Shown here piece after piece: positions 1-9,772 of a stretch of 64,000 bases of DNA. Source of the DNA: Verrucomicrobiota bacterium (GTDB taxonomy: Bacteria; Verrucomicrobiota; Lentisphaeria; Lentisphaerales; Lentisphaeraceae); assembly GCA_039798785.1 (NCBI GenBank), contig JBDKFG010000001.1, positions 160,001 to 224,000 on the forward strand, read 5' to 3'. The notes under the pieces are model-generated. The model was not told where the DNA came from. It saw nothing but the letters and a program-made list of their open reading frames with translations, and searched no databases. A program made the translations under genes and the position numbers. Within the stretch, counting starts at the first letter, position 1; each line of letters starts with the position of its first letter.

Positions 1-744
1 TTGGCGGCGATGGCCGATGACAAGGAGCTGCTCGAGGAGATCAACAAGGCCCTGAAGTTGATGGTCGGCAGCCAAGGGGGGACCAACAGCGCCGCATGGA
101 AACAGTGGTGGGAGTCGCACAAGGAAGGATTCGTCTTCCCCAGCCGCGCCAGCCGGGAGGCTCAGGTGCGCGAGGCAGTCGCGGCGGCGGAAAAGGCCGC
201 GGGCGAAGCCAAGAAGGAAGGATACTTTTACGGACTTCCGCTCGAGGGCAAGAACATCATCTTCATCATCGACCGCTCAGGTTCGATGCAGGGCGGCAAA
301 CTCGATGAAGTCAAGAAGAAGCTGCACGATCTGCTTGAGGAGAACTTCTACTCCGGCCGCAAGGTCGCACTGCTCTTCTTCGACAATCAGCTCGAGACCT
401 ATCCCAACAACGGTCTGGTCGACGGTGATGACAAGTCGAAGGCGAAACTGTTCAAATTCCTCGACGGCATCCAGCCGCGCGGCGGCACCGTGCCGGAGAT
501 CGCCTGTGAACATGCGTTTGAGAAAATCGTCAAGCGTCAACAGGTCGACACCATCTACCTGCTTTCCGACGGCGCTCCGAACAATCCGCCTGACCAGGTG
601 CGGGCGAAAATCGTCGGTCTCGCGGCCGGCACCTATGTCAAGATCCATACCGTCGGCTTCCAGGTTGCTGGGGATCAGGCAGCCCAGGAATTCCTCAAGA
701 AGATCGCCGAAGCCACCGACGGCAAATACGTCCAGGTCAACTGA
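1..744 (+). CDS. vWA-domain protein (probably 5' truncated by window edge)
   Basis: MIDAS motifs IIDRSGSM, GGT and LSDG; ends with typical ATDGKYVQV; ORF open at position 1. Confidence 0.85.
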   Translation: MAAMADDKELLEEINKALKLMVGSQGGTNSAAWKQWWESHKEGFVFPSRASREAQVREAVAAAEKAAGEAKKEGYFYGLPLEGKNIIFIIDRSGSMQGGKLDEVKKKLHDLLEENFYSGRKVALLFFDNQLETYPNNGLVDGDDKSKAKLFKFLDGIQPRGGTVPEIACEHAFEKIVKRQQVDTIYLLSDGAPNNPPDQVRAKIVGLAAGTYVKIHTVGFQVAGDQAAQEFLKKIAEATDGKYVQVN

Positions 745-748
745 GGGT

Positions 749-1333
749 CTAGCCCTGCAGCTCGTTGTCGAGGCGGATGATCTCCTTGCACAAGGCGGCG
801 GTGACGCGTTGCTTGTTGACGCGGACACTGCTTTCGGCGAGGCCTAGCTGCTTTCCCACTTCGACACTGCTTTGTCCTTGGGAGCAGAGCTGGAAGCATT
901 GCTGGACATGCGGGGAGAATCGATCGCGGATGTTTTCCCAGGCGAGTCTGGAGATGTAGCGCTGCCATTCCTTTTCGGCAATGGCGTCGATCTCCGGCTC
1001 GCTCGATTCCTCCATCTCCAGATTCTCCGGGGCGCTGCGGCTCAGGGTGCTGCGATCGCGTACCGAGGTCCGCAGGGTGTTCCGGCAGATCCGGCTCAGC
1101 CAGGTGCGGAATTGGCACTGGCCCTCTCGATATTGATAAGCAGGAAGGGCCTTCCAGGCTTTCACCAGGACCTCCTGGCAGATGTCCTCTGCATCTTGGC
1201 GTTGCGCTCCGAGTTGGCGCAGGAGCCCAAGGAGGAAAGGCTGGTAGGCATGGAGGAATTCCGCCCAGGACTTTTCGTCCTGGCGGTCGCGGAGGCGCTG
1301 CAGCAGCGTCACGCGTGTCTCCTTGCGGCTCAT
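749..1333 (-). CDS. ECF RNA polymerase sigma factor
   Basis: 194 aa; region 2 DAEDICQEV...FRTWL..I.RN and region 4 HTH (SSVEVGKQLGLAESSVRVNKQR). Confidence 0.9.
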   Translation of the reverse strand: MSRKETRVTLLQRLRDRQDEKSWAEFLHAYQPFLLGLLRQLGAQRQDAEDICQEVLVKAWKALPAYQYREGQCQFRTWLSRICRNTLRTSVRDRSTLSRSAPENLEMEESSEPEIDAIAEKEWQRYISRLAWENIRDRFSPHVQQCFQLCSQGQSSVEVGKQLGLAESSVRVNKQRVTAALCKEIIRLDNELQG

Positions 1334-1400
1334 CGGCAGTCACCTTGTGTTGCGCTGAAGATGGCGTCGCTTGGCAGGGATGGCAAGGCCGGATGAGGCC

Positions 1401-3425
1401 TTAGTCGCCGATGATCAGCTCGATTTCTTTATTGAGCCTGCTCAGCTGTTTTGGGTCGAAGCCAGGGCTGAGGGTGAGCTTCTTCAGCGACGGGCAATTG
1501 CAGATCGGGTTCAAGTCCTTGAATTTCGACTGGCGCAGATCGAGTTCTTCGAGATGCGGCAGTTCGTTAATCGAGCTGAGCGTGGCGATCGAGCAGTTCC
1601 TCAGTTCAATCCTGCGCAGCGAGGGGAATTTTAACCAGCCACGAAAATCTGGGATCTTGCTGTTGCTGAGGCGCAGTTCCTCCAGCGGCATTCCTTTGAG
1701 ATAAGAAGCTGATACATGAAAGGAGCGAGCGACAAGAATTCCCGCAGGGAAGAAGTTCAAAGCCGTGGCGTCCTTCAGATTCTGACAGTCACCGAGATCA
1801 AGTATGTTGTTGCGAAATTGGAATTCCGCCACCGGGTAATCCGGATTCCTCAATTTGAGGTAGCCGCGGACAAAGACCAGGCGATCTTCCTCGCTGAGAT
1901 TTTTCCTGACGTGACGGGCGGCGAGACGGGGGATGATCCATCTGTTATCGCTTCTGGCCTTGTCGAGAATCTCGAGAAGCTCCGTCTCGCTCAAGACATG
2001 TCCGTTTTTCTGAAGCGCCGCCGCCGCTTCAACCAGTGGCCGAATTTTGACAAAATCAGACTCGTTGGATCCATAGGTTTGATAGGCCTTGGCGGACGCG
2101 ACAAAGTCCTCACGGATGAAATAGCCGTGGCCCAACACCCGCCAGACTTCCTTTAAATTCGGATCGAGACTCAAAGCCAATTGAGCCAAGGCGAAGGAGG
2201 TGTCGAAATCATTTCTCCTGTCAGCCTCCAAGGCCTGGAATTGGTAGAACTGGGGGCGCACAGCGAGCTCTCTGCGCAATGTTTCTTCACTGCTTTCAGC
2301 AAGACGTCTCGCCGCTTCAATGTTGTGGATAAAAACCGCCACCATGACAAGAAGGCAGAGAGTGCTAAAGGTGAGGACGGCGCTACTCATGCGGTTGCGT
2401 TTCACTAGGAGCCAGACCTGTTTCGAGAAACTCGCGGTCTCAGCTTGCGGAGCAAAGCCGTTGAGGTAGGCATTGAGGTCATCGAGGAGGGCGTCGACGG
2501 AGGAGTAGCGATTTTCCGGCGCCACCGACATCGCTTGCCGGCAGATGGCTTCCAGACTTTCGGGGATGTCGCGCCGGGGACGATAATGACCCAGAGGAAG
2601 AAAGTCGCCGCGACGTGTCGCTTCGAGGCAGGCTTCGAGGCTGTCTCCCTGGAAGGGTTTTTCATAACAGAGCAGGCTATAGAGGATGGCACCGAGGGCG
2701 AAAATGTCGCTGCGCTGGTCCTTGCGGGTGAAGGCGCCGCCGGCCTGCTCTGGCGACATGTATCCGGGACTGCCTTTGATGTAGCCGTCGCGAGTCAAGC
2801 TGTTGAGCTCCTGGGAGTCGAGGGAGTGATCAAGCAATGAGGGGTCTTCACAGACCTCGTCGAGGACGCGAGCCAGACCCCAGTCGCAGACCAGAATTTC
2901 GCCGTGGGCGCTGACCTCGATGTTGGCAGGTTTGAGGTCGAGATGGATGACGCCGCGCTGATGGGCGTAGGCCATCGCTTCGCAAATCCGGCTGAAGAGG
3001 CTGAGTCGGACGGGGAGGGGGAAGCTTCTGCGGGTCACGACATCGTCGGCGCGGAGCTTCTCGAGGATCGATTCGAGATCTTCTCCTTCTGCCAGTTTCA
3101 TGATGAAATAGGGGCCGATTTCGGGGCTGCGGCCGATTTCATAGATCGGCATGATGTGCGGATGCTGCAGTTGCGCCGTCAGGCGAGCCTCGCGCAGGAA
3201 CTTTTCGGTGTCTTTCTCGGGCCGGAGGAGTTCGGCGCGTGCGACGAGTCTGCCGCTGCGCCGGTCACGGCAGCGGATCACCCGCTTCATGCCGCCTTGC
3301 TCAATGAGATGATCGTCCTCGTAAGGCCATTCGCCAGGATCGAGCTTAGGCGTGGAGCTTGTCTGTCCGTCACGCAGAGACATCGCCTGGCGGAAATATT
3401 GATCGAATTCCATCTCGCCGTTCAT
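1401..3425 (-). CDS. Membrane Hanks-type Ser/Thr protein kinase with C-terminal TPR-like and LRR region
   Basis: HLDLKPAN, DWG, GSPGYMSPEQ, DIFALG motifs; hydrophobic TM segment SAVLTFSTLCLLVMVAVF; LxxLxL repeats near the C-terminus. Confidence 0.92.
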   Translation of the reverse strand: MNGEMEFDQYFRQAMSLRDGQTSSTPKLDPGEWPYEDDHLIEQGGMKRVIRCRDRRSGRLVARAELLRPEKDTEKFLREARLTAQLQHPHIMPIYEIGRSPEIGPYFIMKLAEGEDLESILEKLRADDVVTRRSFPLPVRLSLFSRICEAMAYAHQRGVIHLDLKPANIEVSAHGEILVCDWGLARVLDEVCEDPSLLDHSLDSQELNSLTRDGYIKGSPGYMSPEQAGGAFTRKDQRSDIFALGAILYSLLCYEKPFQGDSLEACLEATRRGDFLPLGHYRPRRDIPESLEAICRQAMSVAPENRYSSVDALLDDLNAYLNGFAPQAETASFSKQVWLLVKRNRMSSAVLTFSTLCLLVMVAVFIHNIEAARRLAESSEETLRRELAVRPQFYQFQALEADRRNDFDTSFALAQLALSLDPNLKEVWRVLGHGYFIREDFVASAKAYQTYGSNESDFVKIRPLVEAAAALQKNGHVLSETELLEILDKARSDNRWIIPRLAARHVRKNLSEEDRLVFVRGYLKLRNPDYPVAEFQFRNNILDLGDCQNLKDATALNFFPAGILVARSFHVSASYLKGMPLEELRLSNSKIPDFRGWLKFPSLRRIELRNCSIATLSSINELPHLEELDLRQSKFKDLNPICNCPSLKKLTLSPGFDPKQLSRLNKEIELIIGD

Positions 3426-3631
3426 GACGAAAGCCTCCCACTTGCAAAGCTAGACGAACCTAGGCCTCCGGGCAAGGGCTGGAAGCGACAAGCCGCGCAA
3501 GAAGATGATCCGGGCTGAAAACCCTTGAGGATCGCATCGGTCAGGAAAAAATCAGAAAATCATGTTTTTCATGCAACGCCCTCGGATCCAAACGAGTTGA
3601 TCCCTTTTAAGACAACACCTAAGGAATCTCT

Positions 3632-4315
3632 GTGAATCTGATCATAACCCTCACGGCTTTGGTGGCATGCCTCGCTTTCACTTGGAAGTGGCGCATCTCT
3701 CGTCGTCCTTCGCAGTCATTTTGGGCGATCGGCTTCGCCGTGTTGGGCTTGTCCAGCGCTTATTGCGGCTCTGATCAAGATGAAACCGAGCTGGCCAATC
3801 GGGGCTTGCTGCGTCAGGCTGTAGCCATTCATTGTGCCGGTCTGATCAAGTCCCAGGGCCCTCTTCTGGTCTTTATCCCTCCCAATTCGGCGCCGGAAAT
3901 CCGGGCGACTTATGACGCCGCCATTGCGGCCTGGGGGAAAGGCGACGGCCTCCCGGCTCGGGTCGTTGAAGTGGAGAGTCTCGCCTTGGGGCAGGGCTTC
4001 AGCCTGGAGTGCTTCCGGAAGGAGGTGAAAGAGGCCTCGGAATGCCGCCTCATCCTCACCTACGCCGGTTTGCCTAAAAATCTTAGCGATGAGGAGTGCA
4101 GGGAACTGCTTGCCCAAGCGAAACTGGTCCAAGTCGAAGGTGCGACTGAAACCGCGCTCAATCTGCAGCGTGCCGGAGCCCCGATACCTCTTGTCCTTGT
4201 GCCTGCGGCCAATGCGGAATCGCCGCCCCCCGGCAGCTTCCTCGAAGGCAGCTCTGCTGAGATCTGCAGTCGCTATTTCCAAGTCGTCACGAGCCCAACC
4301 CATGTCGGAGAATAA
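3632..4315 (+). CDS. Hypothetical membrane-anchored protein
   Basis: AAGGA RBS before GTG; two N-terminal hydrophobic segments; 2 bp from the next gene. Confidence 0.6.
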   Translation: MNLIITLTALVACLAFTWKWRISRRPSQSFWAIGFAVLGLSSAYCGSDQDETELANRGLLRQAVAIHCAGLIKSQGPLLVFIPPNSAPEIRATYDAAIAAWGKGDGLPARVVEVESLALGQGFSLECFRKEVKEASECRLILTYAGLPKNLSDEECRELLAQAKLVQVEGATETALNLQRAGAPIPLVLVPAANAESPPPGSFLEGSSAEICSRYFQVVTSPTHVGE

Positions 4316-4317
4316 TC

Positions 4318-5085
4318 ATGAAGAGCCACCAGTCCCGAAAATTCACCTTGTTGGAATTGATGATCGTGATCTCGGTCATCCTTATCCTCATCTCTTTGAT
4401 GATGCCGGCTTTCAAACGTTCCCAAGCAGTCGCTCACCATGCGGTCTGCGGCAGCAACATGAAGCAGCTCTACCTCGTCCACATCCTTTTTGCCAACACT
4501 CACAAAGGCTCGCCGGTCGGCATCGACACTTCCGCAACTTATTGGACCGGAGATAACTTTGGACGAAGCGGCATCCCGAAGAGAAGGAGGGGCGGCAGCT
4601 CCATCAACATCATGAAGAAACCGCTCAACCCTTTGATCGATGTCAATCTCAATCCCAATTCCGATCTGAAAGTGGTCGATTGTCCGCGCCTCAAAAAAAA
4701 TGCGGACGCCATTTTGGAAGGCTCCTCTTACCTCACCAACATGGGCTTCGGCGATGGAGCTTTCGGCACCAAGATCGCAGATCACAGCGAGGAGAATCGA
4801 AATCTCCGCCCTTGCACCTCCCTTAGTAAGGTGATCCACTCTTCAGCGATGGTGCTGATCTATGAAACACCGGTTTATGGACGATATCATAAACATGCCG
4901 ATGAGGACTTTCCCGGGCATTTCACGGCTAAATGGAACACCCGATTCAACATGATCACCTCGGATGGCGCCTTCCATCAGCAGCAATCAGTGGCTCCTGG
5001 TCAGGTCGATCTGGGGAAGGTGACCCTGTCGAATTGCGCGACCAGTGGCGACGAGCTCGATCCTAACTGCCCGCGTTGCCATTAA
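4318..5085 (+). CDS. Prepilin-type N-terminal cleavage/methylation protein (PVC pilin-like family)
   Basis: K|FTLLELMIVISVILILISLMMP...C.SNMKQL; late H...N...DG motif; ends CPRCH. Confidence 0.88.
   Translation: MKSHQSRKFTLLELMIVISVILILISLMMPAFKRSQAVAHHAVCGSNMKQLYLVHILFANTHKGSPVGIDTSATYWTGDNFGRSGIPKRRRGGSSINIMKKPLNPLIDVNLNPNSDLKVVDCPRLKKNADAILEGSSYLTNMGFGDGAFGTKIADHSEENRNLRPCTSLSKVIHSSAMVLIYETPVYGRYHKHADEDFPGHFTAKWNTRFNMITSDGAFHQQQSVAPGQVDLGKVTLSNCATSGDELDPNCPRCH
5001..5085 (+). repeat. Direct repeat copy 1: 3' end of prepilin-like gene (attL-like)
   Basis: 68/79 nt identical to 14930-15008; first 12 nt TCAGGTCGATCT identical. Confidence 0.9.
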
Positions 5086-5115
5086 AATCAATCAACCTGT
5101 GCAACTCAAGATCCA

Positions 5116-5269
5116 GCTCAGTCTACCGCAGAAGACGCAGAATCACGCAGATAGAATGAAGCACCGCCCGAGTACGAGAGTATCGACATGTGATGTTCGA
5201 TGAGCGTCTTCCTTCGCTAAATCCCCTCTCATATTCTGCGTCTTCTGTCTTCTGCGGTTATTCTGAGTT
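5116..5269. repeat. Inverted pair of 9-bp tandem repeat arrays (CGCAGAAGA-like)
   Basis: ACCGCAGAAGACGCAGAATCACGCAGA (5125-5151) versus ATTCTGCGTCTTCTGTCTTCTGCGGT (5233-5258); left arm nearly identical to 48624-48660. Confidence 0.75.
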
Positions 5270-5368
5270 TCGTCAGTTAGGATTTTTGATTTGCAAAGTT
5301 CCAATAATCATGGAGATAGAGCATCTTATACCCACAAAGTTCCCAATCACTCCATTGCCAAAGGTGAT

Positions 5369-7201
5369 ATGATGTCAAGCTCCCCACACTCAGTTCTTGG
5401 TCTGTTCTCCAAGAAGATGATGCAGATTCTTGCTCTTGGCGGCCTGTGTTTCGGCCTGCCGGCTTCCGCCCAGGCGCTGCCTGCGCATGCCGATAAGGTT
5501 GTTGTCGCAGCCCAAGGCAAGACTTTAGGTTCTGAACGTCTTATGGCGGCTTCCACGGAAGCTCTGGTCGGCGGCACGCCATCATCGCTGGCGCCGGGAT
5601 CGCTCGCCGCCGCCGAGATCAGCGGCTTAGCTAGCCCCGCACAGGCCCCGGCAGCAGATGCCAAGCCCAACGCCAAGCCCAACATTGTCATCATCTATGC
5701 CGACGACATGGGCTACGGCGATACCAGCTGCAATAACCCGGAAAGCAAAATCCCCACACCCAACATCGATGCCCTCGCCAAGGAAGGCATGCGCTTCACC
5801 GATGGACATTGCTCCTCAGCCATTTGCACCCCCAGCCGCTACGCCCTGCTCACCGGCAACTACCACTGGCGTAAAAACATCTTTTCACTGATCTACGACG
5901 ACAAAGGTCCGCAAAACGTCTTTCACGAAAACCAAGCGACCTTGCCGCGCATCCTGCACAACAACGGCTACAACGCCGGCATGATCGGCAAGTGGCACCT
6001 TGGCTGGAGATGGGAGTCCATCGTCAAAGATGGCGACACCCTGCGCCGCATGAAAGCCCCCTCTGGCGAGGGCGATTCTGGCGAGGAAGATGCAAGCGGG
6101 AAGCCCAGTAAAGGCGTGATCCGCGAAGGCTACGACCCGAGCTGCCTCGACTGGAGCAAGCGCTTCCGCGGCGGCCCGATCGACATCGGCTTCGACTCCT
6201 ACTTTGGCGACGACACCATCAACTTCGCCCCTTATGGCTGGATCAAAGACGACAAAGCCGTTGAACCCCTCACCGAATTCCTCAGAGTGCCCACCCCACG
6301 CCCCCTCGAAGGTAGCTGGGAATGCCGTGGCGGCCCCATGGTCAAAGGCTGGGACTTCTATCAGGTCTTCCCCACACTTGAGAAAAAAGCCGTTGAATTC
6401 ATCGAACAGGCACCGAGCGACAAGCCCTTCTTCCTTTATTACGCCTTGCCCGCTCCCCACGCCCCGATCATCCCCAACCAGGAATTCATCGGCAAAACCA
6501 AGATCGGTCCTTATGGCGACTCTATGGTTCAAGTCGATGCCACCGTCGGAGCCATTCGCGCCGCCCTCAAGAAAAAGGGCATCTATGAAAACACCATCAT
6601 CATTTTCACCTCTGACAACGGACCCACCTCAGGACACCGTGGCGAGGGAGAAAACCGCCACTCTTGCACTGGTTTCGAAGGCCAAGGAAGTCTCACCGGC
6701 AAGAAGCGCAACATCGAAGAAGGCGGACACCGCATGCCCTTTATCGTGACCTGGCCAGGTGTGACCAAACCCGGCTCCGTAAGTCATCAACTCATCAACC
6801 AAGTCGACCTTCACGCCACCTTGTCCAGTATCGTCGGCGCCAAAATGCCCACCAACACCGCCATCGACAGCTTTGACTTCAGTCCCATCCTGCGCGGCCA
6901 AGACGCCCCCGTCCGCGACCACATGATTCTCAATACCACCAGCCCCATCGAGTTTGGTCTGCGCGAAGGAAGCTGGGTTCTGATTGCGTGCCTCGATCAA
7001 GATCGCAAACAACTCGACCCCAAAAAAGGCTACCTCGCCTTGTATGACCTGAGCAAAACCCTCGAACAAAACAACAGAACCAACCTTGCCAAAGCCAACC
7101 CTGAAAAAGCACAGGCCATGCTCAAAACCCTGATCCAAAAAGTCAACTCCCCCGCTACTTCGCCTCGCTTAAGCACTGCGGCTCAAATAATTAGCCTATA
7201 A
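5369..7201 (+). CDS. Arylsulfatase-like formylglycine-dependent sulfatase
   Basis: KPNIVIIYADDMGYGD, CTPSRYALLTG (CxPxR), GKWHLG, SDNG; start moved to ATG 5369 after AAAGGTG RBS. Confidence 0.92.
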   Translation: MMSSSPHSVLGLFSKKMMQILALGGLCFGLPASAQALPAHADKVVVAAQGKTLGSERLMAASTEALVGGTPSSLAPGSLAAAEISGLASPAQAPAADAKPNAKPNIVIIYADDMGYGDTSCNNPESKIPTPNIDALAKEGMRFTDGHCSSAICTPSRYALLTGNYHWRKNIFSLIYDDKGPQNVFHENQATLPRILHNNGYNAGMIGKWHLGWRWESIVKDGDTLRRMKAPSGEGDSGEEDASGKPSKGVIREGYDPSCLDWSKRFRGGPIDIGFDSYFGDDTINFAPYGWIKDDKAVEPLTEFLRVPTPRPLEGSWECRGGPMVKGWDFYQVFPTLEKKAVEFIEQAPSDKPFFLYYALPAPHAPIIPNQEFIGKTKIGPYGDSMVQVDATVGAIRAALKKKGIYENTIIIFTSDNGPTSGHRGEGENRHSCTGFEGQGSLTGKKRNIEEGGHRMPFIVTWPGVTKPGSVSHQLINQVDLHATLSSIVGAKMPTNTAIDSFDFSPILRGQDAPVRDHMILNTTSPIEFGLREGSWVLIACLDQDRKQLDPKKGYLALYDLSKTLEQNNRTNLAKANPEKAQAMLKTLIQKVNSPATSPRLSTAAQIISL

Positions 7202-7249
7202 ATTCTCCCCACAATCAAGTTCCCCTCCAAATCTATTGCAAAAGGTGAT

Positions 7250-9763
7250 ATGATGTCAAACTCCACACAGTCGGTTACTGGGCTATTCTCCAGGAAAATG
7301 ATGCAGATTCAGGCTCTTGGCGGCCCGTGTTCTGGCCTGCCGGCTTTCCGCGACAGCCTGGCACCGCTCGCGGCCAGCGCCCTGCTTGCGGTCTCCGCTG
7401 TTTCCTGCAAGGATGAAAACAGCCAAGGCGCACCTGTGGCTGCACCTGTGGAGCAGCCGCATCTGCACGGGGGGGCGACCGTGCCGCCGGCACCGCAGCC
7501 GCCTGCTCAGGCGCTGTCTGGGCCTACCAGTAAGGTTGTTGGCGCATCCCAAAGCAAGGCCTTGACGCCTTCTCCCGACTTTAAGCGGGAGCCTTCTGAC
7601 CGTCTTGTGACGGCCTCCACGCAAGCTCTGGATCCCTTGGCCGGCTGCAGTGCCGCGTATAAGGACTGGTTCAACACCGAATTGAAAAAAGCCTTGGGGG
7701 CCAAGGACTTCAGCTCTTTGCGCCAGGCCCTGGCCGCCAAAGCCGGCCTGCCCAACAACGCCAGTGTCGCGGACCTGCAAAAGCAATTGAGTGACCCCGA
7801 TGCCACGACGGCTTTGACGCAGTATGCCCTGCTGCGGGATCTGAGTGGTGAGTACCCCGTCACTGCTTTTCGCTGTCAAGACGCGGATAAGTTTTTCACG
7901 GAGCTTTTGAGTGATCGGGAGCTGATGGAAACCATCTTGATTACTGGCCTGGCGGACTGGACAGCCACAGAAGGTAAGACGAATTTGCAGTTTGTCGCGA
8001 TTGATGCCCTGCAGAAGATCTGGGCCCTTGATCCCGATTACGCGCGCAACCGCGTGACGCGCAATCTCGCAGCCGGCCTCGCTGTGGCGACGACCTGCAA
8101 GAATCAACAGAAGACACTCGGAGGTACAAGCCTCGCCGGATTGTACTCCTTTTACCGTAACTCCTGGCTTTGTGGCAGGCTGGATAAGACCTTTCCTGGG
8201 CAGGAAGCCTGGGTCATGCGTAATCTCACGATGGCACAAACCGATGTGGACTCCCTTCTTTACGCTCAAAAGAATGTCAATTTGCCGATGCGCTTGTTTT
8301 CCAGCGCTCACTACCGTACGCCGCGCAGTGGTGCGAGTATATTCGGCGATGGTCTGGGGCCGCAAATGTCCGAACCTTGGGGAGGCCCCGACGTATCAAT
8401 GATGGAGCGGAAGTTGATTGCAGGTGGGGTCTGCGGCACGCAATCATCTCTGGCGATCGGCATGATTGCCGCCCGTGGCATCCCCGCAGGTGTTATCGGT
8501 GGCAAAGGGCACTGTGCCTTCTGCTGGCGCCATCCCGATGGCTATTGGGTAGGTGGCTTTGGTGGCATTGACGCTAATGGCCATTACGGTCCCTATGGCT
8601 TCAGTCCCTCCTATTTGTACATTACGGAAGCAATGCACAAAGATGTCAGTTTGGTACTGAAGTCTCGTCGCTATGCCTGGCAGGCGCAGCTTGCCGATGC
8701 CCAAAACAAGAAAGCGCTCGCCAGTATCGCCTGGGAACAGGCCACTCAGGTGCATCCCATCGAGTTCGTGTCCTGGCATAATCGCCTGTCCTGGCTCAGT
8801 AAAAATCCTTCTTTCATCCGGCAGCGCGAGAAAATCATATTAGATCTTACTACGGCGATGAATAAGTTCCCGCTCCCGATGTTTGACTTGATTGCAATCT
8901 TTGATGAGGTGGCCTATCCTAACATCAAAGATCGTGCGGCAATGTTAGCCAGTGCGCATCAAAAAGCCGCGGGCAACTGGGCTCCTCGTTTCATGGAAGC
9001 GTCTTTTTCTAGTCAGGCGAGCCGGCTGAAAAATAATGAAGAGAAGATGGTTTTGGCTGAGGCCATGCTCCCCAAGCTGCTGCAGTCACCCATTGGTTCT
9101 TTTGTTCTCGGCTGGAGCAAGGGACTATTTCCTAAGACAGCAGAGGGAGAAAAGCGCCAAGCGCAACTTTTTGCCAGTGTTTTGAGCGGGCTTGGCGGCT
9201 CGAATTCCAATGAAACCAGGGACCTTTATAATACCTTGATTATGCAAGCTGCCAATGCAGGTGACTTTGACACCTTTAATAGTCTTGCGGAAAAATCACG
9301 TAAAATATTTGGTAGTAAAGTTGACAAGAAAATCCCCCAGTTCGAAGCCTTTCCGGGGATGAATCTGGGCAAAGGTGGCATTCTTCGTTTATCTGGAGGC
9401 TCGTCCACTGCAAACCTTCACCCCTTGGTCATGGATGATGCTACAGGTGGTCAGTTTATGGTTGAAGGGAAAAATGCCTGGGTTGCGGTTGAATTACCCA
9501 AAGTCGGTACGATTTCCGGCGTCGTGGTGATCAATGATGGTGGAAAAAATAGATGGGCCCGTGCTCTTCCCGCGTTTGTTGAAGCCTCAACAGATGGCGA
9601 GCGCTGGAAAACGATCGGGAAGATGACGGATGCTCAAGAGGTCTATCGCTTTGCCTCGCGTGAAAAAGATCACTTCCGTTTTGTACGCGTGCGTCGTGAT
9701 GCCGGGAGCGAGGAGCGCTTCCACCTCAAAGGGATTTTTATTTACGGCGAAAAGCAGCAATAA
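7250..9763 (+). CDS. Secreted/lipoprotein with transglutaminase-like Cys-His core and C-terminal discoidin (F5/8 type C)-like domain
   Basis: Lipobox-like LLAVSAVSC; GGVCG...GIPA...GHCAF; WVAVEL...STDGERWK...RFVRV. Confidence 0.6.
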   Translation: MMSNSTQSVTGLFSRKMMQIQALGGPCSGLPAFRDSLAPLAASALLAVSAVSCKDENSQGAPVAAPVEQPHLHGGATVPPAPQPPAQALSGPTSKVVGASQSKALTPSPDFKREPSDRLVTASTQALDPLAGCSAAYKDWFNTELKKALGAKDFSSLRQALAAKAGLPNNASVADLQKQLSDPDATTALTQYALLRDLSGEYPVTAFRCQDADKFFTELLSDRELMETILITGLADWTATEGKTNLQFVAIDALQKIWALDPDYARNRVTRNLAAGLAVATTCKNQQKTLGGTSLAGLYSFYRNSWLCGRLDKTFPGQEAWVMRNLTMAQTDVDSLLYAQKNVNLPMRLFSSAHYRTPRSGASIFGDGLGPQMSEPWGGPDVSMMERKLIAGGVCGTQSSLAIGMIAARGIPAGVIGGKGHCAFCWRHPDGYWVGGFGGIDANGHYGPYGFSPSYLYITEAMHKDVSLVLKSRRYAWQAQLADAQNKKALASIAWEQATQVHPIEFVSWHNRLSWLSKNPSFIRQREKIILDLTTAMNKFPLPMFDLIAIFDEVAYPNIKDRAAMLASAHQKAAGNWAPRFMEASFSSQASRLKNNEEKMVLAEAMLPKLLQSPIGSFVLGWSKGLFPKTAEGEKRQAQLFASVLSGLGGSNSNETRDLYNTLIMQAANAGDFDTFNSLAEKSRKIFGSKVDKKIPQFEAFPGMNLGKGGILRLSGGSSTANLHPLVMDDATGGQFMVEGKNAWVAVELPKVGTISGVVVINDGGKNRWARALPAFVEASTDGERWKTIGKMTDAQEVYRFASREKDHFRFVRVRRDAGSEERFHLKGIFIYGEKQQ

Positions 9764-9772
9764 GGAGAATTT

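Noticed and set aside
1401..3425. Calling the kinase a pseudokinase
   Set aside because: Catalytic loop, DWG and alphaC Glu are intact and a compensating Lys sits in the glycine loop
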